Notes under the pieces: generated by a model
Database searches by the model: none
What the model was told of the DNA's origin: nothing
The model's input: the letters and a program-made list of their open reading frames with translations, nothing else
Position numbers and translations under genes: made by a program
Origin: Pseudomonadota bacterium
GTDB lineage: Bacteria > Pseudomonadota > Alphaproteobacteria > UBA828 > JAPUJA01
Reading direction: 5' to 3'
Assembly (NCBI GenBank): GCA_027296525.1
Contig: JAPUJA010000272.1
Coordinates: 1 to 26,282 of the forward strand
Length of the DNA stretch: 26,282 nt
Part shown: positions 18,106 to 24,750 of the stretch, piece by piece
Position numbering within the stretch: the stretch's first letter is position 1
Layout of the letters: each line of letters begins with the position of its first letter

Positions 18106-18870
18106 TCAGACCTTATATTCGTAACGCTCGCCCGGCGCGCGCTCGCAATCGGGCGGGTAACTCCTTCGCTTCGCGGCGAAATATCCGACCCGGTGATCGC
18201 CTTCGGACAAGCGATTGTAGCTCGCGTAGATCGCCCGCCTCGCCCATCGACTCCGATTCGGGGCCGAACGGTGGGGAACAAACGAATCGAAGAACACGAC
18301 ATCGCCCGGCTCCATCGGACAGGGAACGAACGTTATATCCTTGATTTCCTCGTCCCCGAGGGGGTGCCACATCTTGCCGATGAGGCCCCGGTCATGGCAG
18401 CCGGGGGCGATTTCGAGACAGCCGTTCGCCTCTATCGAGAGGTCGACGGCGATGGCCGCGGTGATGAAAAGGCTCCCGTAATCCTCCCAGCCGGCTTGCA
18501 TGTCCTGGTGCGGCTCGAACCCCCGGCTCTGCGGCAGCTTGAAATTGATCTTCTCCTTGAACAGGACCGCCTGCTCGCCGAAGAGCTCGGAAACAGACCC
18601 CAAGAGACGATCTCCACTCAACAGGGAGTCGAACTCCCGATGGTAAGGAACGAAGTTCTCGATGCGATCAAGCACCCGCTTGTTCGGGTCATCCACCGAC
18701 GCCTCGCGGTAGACCATGTGCCTGTTCGGAACTTCGGGGAGATGTTCGAGCTCATCGACCCAGAGACGGATTTCCTCCGCTTCGTCCGCATCGAACACGC
18801 CGGTCATGACCAAGTAGCCGTCACGCCGGAAAGCCATCAACTCTTCTTCGGTCAGGATGGTTCGCCGCAT
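18106..18870 (-). CDS. PhyH-family Fe(II)/2-oxoglutarate dioxygenase, PhnY (2-aminoethylphosphonate dioxygenase)-like
   Basis: HxD (EPHQD) and distal His (FVPHRS) triad; GEQAVLFKEKINFK and YNRLSEG...YF..KR..YPPDCER segments resemble the PhnY subfamily as I recall it. ATG 18870 follows GGAGGG; ATG 18897 is an alternative. Confidence 0.85.
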   Translation of the reverse strand: MRRTILTEEELMAFRRDGYLVMTGVFDADEAEEIRLWVDELEHLPEVPNRHMVYREASVDDPNKRVLDRIENFVPYHREFDSLLSGDRLLGSVSELFGEQAVLFKEKINFKLPQSRGFEPHQDMQAGWEDYGSLFITAAIAVDLSIEANGCLEIAPGCHDRGLIGKMWHPLGDEEIKDITFVPCPMEPGDVVFFDSFVPHRSAPNRSRWARRAIYASYNRLSEGDHRVGYFAAKRRSYPPDCERAPGERYEYKV

Positions 18871-18919
18871 CTGGTCCCTCCGCAGATTCCAGATCATGAG
18901 ACACCGCCGCTGGCAGAAC

Positions 18920-18947
18920 CTTTAACAGAAACCCGATCTCTTTAACA
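18920..18947. repeat. 8-bp direct repeat CTTTAACA x2 at 20-bp period upstream of the dioxygenase
   Basis: Copies at 18920-18927 and 18940-18947 in the 175-nt gap between the cytidylyltransferase stop and the dioxygenase start. Confidence 0.6.
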
Positions 18948-19045
18948 CCGGCAAAAGCCGGATGCCTCGCCTAGAGGGCTCTCGAAATGGCCTGGATGCG
19001 AGCGAAGGTGAGCCGTCAGAGGGCAAGTCATGCATTCACAACCCG

Positions 19046-19795
19046 TTACCCGCCCTCGCCGATCAGGCGCGGGAGTATTTCTTCGCGGGCGCGGACGACG
19101 TCCTCGGGAAAGTCTATCTCCGTCCAAGGGAGGTCCGTTATGTCTTCGAAACCGAATGTCCCGGCCGGCGAGTGAAGCAGCAACCGGCGCAAGGCTTCTT
19201 CGTAGCCCTCGTCGCGCTGTCCCGCCTCGATGAGCGCCGCGTTGGCCGTCGAGAGCGCTACCGCCATGGGCGGGGCCAACCGGAAGAACCCCACCGATTC
19301 GCCCACGAAATCGAAGGGCGCCTCCACGCGCCGGCTGAATTCCACCAGTTGTCCGCCTCGAACGGCGAGCTTCATGGGCTCGTCTCCGGCTTCGAAACTC
19401 CGGTCGAGCAGGAAGCAATTGCGATGGCGCGTCCGTTTCAGGGATTCGAGCATGCGCCGGTCGTACAAAACGTCCGCGTCCATCAGGAGAATGTCGTCGC
19501 CGCATGTCAGCGCTTGAGCCGCCGCCTGAAGGGTGACGACGCTGCCCGCCTGGTAATCGGGATTGTGCGCGAGGATGACACGGGCGCCGGCGTCGAGACG
19601 CTCAAGCTCTGCGGCGATGAGATCCGCCTTGTAACCGACGGCGACAACGACATCGTGAACGGCGATTCGCCGCAACTCCGTCAGGTGACGCTCGAGCAGC
19701 GTGCGCCCGCCGAAAGAGAGGAGCGCCTTCGGCATGCCGCCGAATTCTCCCGAGAGCCGGTTTCCCACCCCGGCGGCCATGATAAGAGCCATCAT
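19046..19795 (-). CDS. Phosphocholine/phosphonate cytidylyltransferase-like NTP transferase (LicC/PntC/IPCT type)
   Basis: ALIMAAGVGNRL...PKALL nucleotidyltransferase motif, MDADVLY DxD-type motif, GESVGFF, C-terminal PWTEIDFPED; single domain without sugar-phosphate transferase hexapeptide repeats. Confidence 0.88.
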   Translation of the reverse strand: MMALIMAAGVGNRLSGEFGGMPKALLSFGGRTLLERHLTELRRIAVHDVVVAVGYKADLIAAELERLDAGARVILAHNPDYQAGSVVTLQAAAQALTCGDDILLMDADVLYDRRMLESLKRTRHRNCFLLDRSFEAGDEPMKLAVRGGQLVEFSRRVEAPFDFVGESVGFFRLAPPMAVALSTANAALIEAGQRDEGYEEALRRLLLHSPAGTFGFEDITDLPWTEIDFPEDVVRAREEILPRLIGEGG

Positions 19796-19901
19796 CGAAG
19801 CGTGTTATTCCTCCGCCCCAGGTCCTGACGGGCAAGGCCTTCTTTCACTTTGTCGAGCTAATCGCTAACATAACCGCCAAAAAGATCGTAAGGGCGAATC
19901 T

Positions 19902-20570
19902 GTGACGAACGAAGGGAAAAGCGGCGCGTCCGACCCTCCCGCAGAGCCGAATGGTGCCATTCTTTGGGATCAGCGGCTCGCGCGCCTGATGGTGCGCCCG
20001 CTCATCGACAGCTCGGTGACACCGAATCAGATCACGACCGTGCGCCTTCTGACGGGTCTCGCGGCATGCGCGCTCATCGCCTGGGGCGGCGATCGAAGCT
20101 GGCTCAACTGGGGAGCGGCCCTCTTCATCTTCTCGAACCTGCTCGATCACGCCGACGGCGAGCTCGCGCGCCTCACCGGAAAATCGAGCCCGTTCGGACA
20201 TTACTTCGATCTCGCCAGTGACGCTCTCATTCACGCGCTGTTCTTCAGCGCCCTGGGGTTCGCGGTCGCCGGCGGCCGGATCGGCGATTGGGCCATCGTC
20301 TTGGGAACAGTGGCGACCTGCGGCATCGGCACGCTCTTCTGGGTCTTTTCTCACCGAATGAAACTCTATGGCAAAGCCGAGCTCCAGCCGCGCTGGGCGG
20401 GTTTCGAGCTCGAGGACATCATGTATCTGCTGGCGCCGGTCGTTTGGCTCGGCTGGGAACTTCCGCTCTTGGTGATCGCCGGGGTGATGTCGCCGATCGC
20501 CGCGCTCGCTCTGTTGTGGCTGCATCGCCGGACGCTGTTCTCGGCCTCGCGCCGGGAGGGGCTATCGTGA
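19902..20570 (+). CDS. CDP-alcohol phosphotransferase family membrane protein
   Basis: VTPNQITT plus an intact DxxDGxxAR...GxxxDxxxD motif (LDHADGELARLTGKSSPFGHYFDLASD); several hydrophobic segments; GTG start. Confidence 0.92.
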   Translation: MTNEGKSGASDPPAEPNGAILWDQRLARLMVRPLIDSSVTPNQITTVRLLTGLAACALIAWGGDRSWLNWGAALFIFSNLLDHADGELARLTGKSSPFGHYFDLASDALIHALFFSALGFAVAGGRIGDWAIVLGTVATCGIGTLFWVFSHRMKLYGKAELQPRWAGFELEDIMYLLAPVVWLGWELPLLVIAGVMSPIAALALLWLHRRTLFSASRREGLS

Positions 20571-21553
20571 CGACCCTGGTGACCGGGGCCTCGGGCTTCG
20601 TTGGATCGGCGGTCGCCCGCCGAGTGCTTGCCGCCGGCCACCGGGTGCGTGTTCTCCTTCGCCCCGAGAGCGACCGGCGCAATCTCGAGGGCCTCGAGGT
20701 CGAAGTCGTGCACGGCGACCTGCTGGACCCGGATTCGCTCAAGCGGGCGGTAAAGGGGTGCGAGACGGTGTTTCACGTCGCCGCCGACTACCGTCTCTGG
20801 GTGCCGAAGCCCGAGAAGATGTACGCCGCAAACGTGCAGGGCAGCGTCGATCTTGCTCGCGCCGCAGCTGACGCGGGGGTCACGCGGATCGTCTATACGA
20901 GCAGCGTGGCGACGCTCGGACTCTCGCGCAACGGCACACCGTCCGACGAAGAGACACCATCGTGCCTCGAGGACATGATCGGCCATTACAAGCGCTCCAA
21001 ATTTCTCGCCGAGGCGGAGATGCGTCGTCTCGTGCGGAAGGAGGGGCTGCCGATCGTCATCGTCAACCCGTCGACGCCCGTAGGTCCGCGCGACGTGAAA
21101 CCGACGCCGACGGGCCGTCTCGTCCTCGAGGCCGCGGCCGGACGCATGCCGGCCTATGTCGATACCGGGCTCAACCTGGTCCATGTGGACGACGTGGCGG
21201 AGGGCCACCTGCTCGCGCTCGAACGCGGTCGAGTGGGCGAACGCTACGTGCTCGGCGGGACCAACATGAGCTTGCGTGAAATCCTTGCGGAAATTGCGGA
21301 TATCGCCGGCATCACGCCGCCCAAAATCCGTCTCTCGACCGGCGTCGTGCTTCCTATCGCCTACATTGCCGAAGGGATCGCGCGCCTCTCGGGACGCGAA
21401 CCGCGAGTCACGGTGGACGGCGTGCGCATGGCACGCAAGAAGATGTACTACTCCGCCGGCAAGGCGGCCCGCGAATTGGGTTTGACGGCGCGGCCCGTGC
21501 GCGAAGCCCTGGCGGACGCGGTCGCCTGGTTTCGCGACTCCGGCTATTGCTAA
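20567..21553 (+). CDS. hpnA: Hopanoid-associated NAD(P)-dependent epimerase/dehydratase HpnA (extended SDR)
   Basis: VTGASGFVG, VFHVAADYRLWVP, YKRSK (YxxxK), VNPSTPVGPRDVKPTPTG, MPAYVDTGLNLVHVDDVAEGH; GTG 20567 after GGGAGGGG, overlapping the upstream TGA. Confidence 0.9.
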   Translation: MTTLVTGASGFVGSAVARRVLAAGHRVRVLLRPESDRRNLEGLEVEVVHGDLLDPDSLKRAVKGCETVFHVAADYRLWVPKPEKMYAANVQGSVDLARAAADAGVTRIVYTSSVATLGLSRNGTPSDEETPSCLEDMIGHYKRSKFLAEAEMRRLVRKEGLPIVIVNPSTPVGPRDVKPTPTGRLVLEAAAGRMPAYVDTGLNLVHVDDVAEGHLLALERGRVGERYVLGGTNMSLREILAEIADIAGITPPKIRLSTGVVLPIAYIAEGIARLSGREPRVTVDGVRMARKKMYYSAGKAARELGLTARPVREALADAVAWFRDSGYC

Positions 21554-21725
21554 AGAACGTCCGGCCAGGTCCGCGACGACCGGCGTTCCCGCCGCCCTTC
21601 CGGTTGCATTTTTATCCCGAACCCCCAACACTGCGGCTTCGCTGGCGGTGCACGGCCCTTCGAAGGCGATAGGCGCCGGTTGGAATGCCTGGATATCATC
21701 CCAAAGGGGCCCGAGCCGGGATCCG

Positions 21726-22655
21726 ATGCGTTACATTTCGATCCTCGCCGTGGTTTTGTCGATCTGCCTCGGCCCGATGAGTGGGGGGCTTCGGGCGGGG
21801 ACGGCTTTGCCCGCGCCCGTTGCCGAACAGCTGCAGGCGGCCGCCGCGCGGGCCAGCCGGATGAGCCACGAAACGGCCTTCGGAGAGGCGGGGATTCGCC
21901 GCGCCCGGGCGGAAATGAGCACCGTCGTGATCAGCGCCATCGCGGTTCATCCCGAAGCGACCTACGCCATCGTCCACGAAGCGGTACGCTTGACACCCTC
22001 CTTGGCGCCGGCGGTCGTCGAGTCGGCGAGTGTCGCCTATCCGGGATACGCCGCACAGATTCACGGCGCGGCCGAGGGTGTTCCATCCTCGTTTTTTGCC
22101 CAGGCGACGACCTTGGAACCGGACCACGCCGCCGCGAGCTCGCGGGAGAGCGCGCCGTTCGAGCGGCCGGGCTTCTTCGGCATCAGCGAACTCTATGTTG
22201 GGGCACTGACCCATGACACCGGCGTGTTCGGCCGTTCGGAGGAAGACAGCGGTCCGGACATTGATCTTGGCGTCCGCTTCGCGGCGCTTCGCGGCGAGTT
22301 CTGGGATCTGATCGCCGCGCCGCGTCCCCATCTCGGCCTGCATGTGAACACGCAAGGAGACACCAGTCAGCTGTTTACCGGACTGACCTGGACCTTCGAG
22401 CTCGGTTACGGCGTCTTCGTCGGGGCCGATTTCGGCCTCGCCGTGCATGACGGCGAGCTCAGAACGAGCGACGACTCGACGAAGGAGCTGGGCCTCAGGG
22501 TCTTGTTCCGCGAGGCCGCCGAGATCGGCTTTCGCATCACGGACCGGAACTCCGTCTCGGTCGTCCTCGACCATATTTCCAACGGGGGGCTCGCCGATGA
22601 GAACGAGGGCCTTGATAATTTTGGCCTGCGTTACAGCTACATCTTCGGTGGCTGA
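21726..22655 (+). CDS. PagL-like lipid A deacylase / acyloxyacyl hydrolase beta-barrel with N-terminal helical repeat extension
   Basis: Signal peptide MRYISILAVVLSICLG..., PRPHLG...NTQGDTSQ...GLTW, LGLRVLFRE, DHISNGGLADENEGLD (His, Ser+2, acidic residue +14 as in the PagL triad), aromatic last strand LRYSYIF. Confidence 0.8.
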   Translation: MRYISILAVVLSICLGPMSGGLRAGTALPAPVAEQLQAAAARASRMSHETAFGEAGIRRARAEMSTVVISAIAVHPEATYAIVHEAVRLTPSLAPAVVESASVAYPGYAAQIHGAAEGVPSSFFAQATTLEPDHAAASSRESAPFERPGFFGISELYVGALTHDTGVFGRSEEDSGPDIDLGVRFAALRGEFWDLIAAPRPHLGLHVNTQGDTSQLFTGLTWTFELGYGVFVGADFGLAVHDGELRTSDDSTKELGLRVLFREAAEIGFRITDRNSVSVVLDHISNGGLADENEGLDNFGLRYSYIFGG

Positions 22656-22718
22656 TGGTGGTTTTCACCACTTCGGGCATCGCCTTGCGCCGCTCTCCGC
22701 CCTTGATTCCCGTAGAAA

Positions 22719-22746
22719 TTGAAGGTTTTGTCGTTTCTGTCATAAT
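22719..22746 (+). promoter_or_regulatory. Putative sigma70 promoter for dxs-shc
   Basis: TTGAAG (22719-22724), 16-nt spacer, CATAAT (22741-22746), about 75 nt upstream of the dxs start. Confidence 0.5.
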
Positions 22747-22754
22747 TTGGTAAT
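22737..22754 (+). promoter_or_regulatory. Possible PHO box (PhoB site)
   Basis: CTGTCAT-AATT-TGGTAAT: perfect first half, 11-bp period, second half two mismatches from CTGTAAT. Confidence 0.35.
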
Positions 22755-22819
22755 GTCTGCGAATCTCGAACGGACCCACCGTTTCGTCGAAGGCGTATCC
22801 TACGCAAAGAGGGGGGAAC

Positions 22820-24739
22820 TTGCCTGAGACGCCATTACTGGATCGCGTAAAGCTCCCGTTGGACATGCGCGATATGACGCTCAACGAGCTGAAACAGCTC
22901 GCGGGCGAACTCCGGGAGGAGACGGTCGACGCCGTGTCCAACACCGGGGGACATCTCGGTGCCGGGCTGGGCGTCGTCGAGCTCACGGTCGCGTTGCACC
23001 ACGTCTTCAACACGCCCGAGGACCGCCTCATTTGGGACGTCGGCCACCAGGCCTATCCCCACAAGATCCTGACGGGCCGGCGCGACCGAATCCGGACCGT
23101 CCGCCAGCCCGGAGGTCTCTACGGCTTTACGAAGCGCTCGGAGAGCGAATATGACCCCTTCGGCGCGGCGCATTCCTCGACCTCGATCTCGGCGGGTCTC
23201 GGCATGGCGGTGGCCCGCGATCTTTCCGGCGGCAAGTGCCATGTCATCGCGGTCATCGGTGACGGCGCGATGTCGGCGGGCATGGCGTACGAGGCGATGA
23301 ACAACGCCGGATCGATGGACACCCGACTCATCGTCGTCCTCAATGACAACAAGATGTCCATCGCGCCCTCACTCGGCGCGTTGAACGCCTATCTGTCCCG
23401 CCTGTTGTCGTCGCATTCGTTCCGTTCCTTCCGGGACAAGGCGCGGGAAGTCGCCAGCAAGCTTCCACGCGCACTCGAAACGGCGGCCAAGCGCGCCGAG
23501 GAGTATGCGCGCGGCATGGCCGTGGGCGGTACGCTGTTCGAGGAACTCGGATTCTTTTATATCGGTCCGATCGATGGCCACAATTTGGACCATCTCTTGC
23601 CCATCCTGAAGAACGTCCGCGATGACGAAACCACGCCGGGCCCGGTGTTGATCCACGTGGTCACCCAGAAGGGGCACGGCTATCCGCCCGCCGAGAAGGC
23701 GGCGGACAAATTTCACGGCGTCAGCAAGTTTGACGTGGTCACGGGCGAACAAGCGAAGAAGAAAGGCAAGGCGCCGTCATACACCTCCGTCTTTGCGAAG
23801 AGTCTGATTGCCGAAGCCGAGAAGGACGAGAAGATCGTCGCCCTGACCGCCGCGATGCCGGATGGCACGGGTATCGACAAGTTCATCGAGCGTTTTCCCG
23901 ATCGCGGGTTCGACGTCGGGATCGCGGAGCAGCACGGCGTGACCTTCGCCGCCGGTCTTGCGGCCCAGGGATTTAAGCCGTTTGCCACGATCTACTCGAC
24001 CTTCTTGCAACGCGCCTACGATCAAGTCGTGCATGACGTCGCGATCCAGCGCCTTCCCGTCCGCTTCGCGATCGACCGGGCCGGCTTGGTGGGAGCCGAC
24101 GGGCCGACACATGCCGGCTCTTACGACATCACTTATTTGTCGACATTGCCCGGCTTCGTCGTGATGGCTGCGGCGGATGAAGGCGAACTCGTGCACATGA
24201 TCAGAACGGCGGTTGCGATCGACGATCGCCCTTCGGCTTTTCGTTATCCGCGCGGTGAAGGGATCGGCGTCCCGCTGCCGGAGGAACCCAAAGCCTTGGA
24301 GATCGGTAAGGGGCGCATCCTGCGCGAAGGCACGGCGCTCGCGATTCTCTCCTTCGGGGCACGTCTGCATGAGTGTTTCAAGGCGGCGGACGAGCTCGCG
24401 GCGCGGGGCTTCTCGGCGAGCGTCGCGGATGCACGCTTCGCCAAACCTCTGGACGAAGACCTCATTCGCCGGCTCGTTCGTGAACATGAGGTCCTGATTA
24501 CGATCGAAGAGGGCGCGATCGGAGGCTTCAGCGCCCATGTGTTGCACTTCCTGGCAAACGCCGGATTGCTGGATCAGGGCCTTAAGTTTCGCCCGATGAT
24601 CCTGCCCGACCGCTTCATCGTGCACGGCACGCCGGCCGGGATGTACGAGGATGCCGGTCTGACCGCCTCCGATATCGTCAGCACAGCCCTTTCCGCCCTC
24701 GGGGTCGAAGGCAAAGCCGAACTGGCCCGCGGGGCCTGA
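22820..24739 (+). CDS. dxs: 1-deoxy-D-xylulose-5-phosphate synthase
   Basis: [47 protein letters not shown]...NDN (TPP motif), [33 protein letters not shown]; TTG start after GAGGGGGG. Confidence 0.97.
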   Translation: MPETPLLDRVKLPLDMRDMTLNELKQLAGELREETVDAVSNTGGHLGAGLGVVELTVALHHVFNTPEDRLIWDVGHQAYPHKILTGRRDRIRTVRQPGGLYGFTKRSESEYDPFGAAHSSTSISAGLGMAVARDLSGGKCHVIAVIGDGAMSAGMAYEAMNNAGSMDTRLIVVLNDNKMSIAPSLGALNAYLSRLLSSHSFRSFRDKAREVASKLPRALETAAKRAEEYARGMAVGGTLFEELGFFYIGPIDGHNLDHLLPILKNVRDDETTPGPVLIHVVTQKGHGYPPAEKAADKFHGVSKFDVVTGEQAKKKGKAPSYTSVFAKSLIAEAEKDEKIVALTAAMPDGTGIDKFIERFPDRGFDVGIAEQHGVTFAAGLAAQGFKPFATIYSTFLQRAYDQVVHDVAIQRLPVRFAIDRAGLVGADGPTHAGSYDITYLSTLPGFVVMAAADEGELVHMIRTAVAIDDRPSAFRYPRGEGIGVPLPEEPKALEIGKGRILREGTALAILSFGARLHECFKAADELAARGFSASVADARFAKPLDEDLIRRLVREHEVLITIEEGAIGGFSAHVLHFLANAGLLDQGLKFRPMILPDRFIVHGTPAGMYEDAGLTASDIVSTALSALGVEGKAELARGA

Positions 24740-24750
24740 CCCGTTTCCCA

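Noticed and set aside
18962-19828. 288-aa plus-strand ORF
   Set aside because: Antisense to the cytidylyltransferase, which carries clear family motifs; the product has no recognisable domain.
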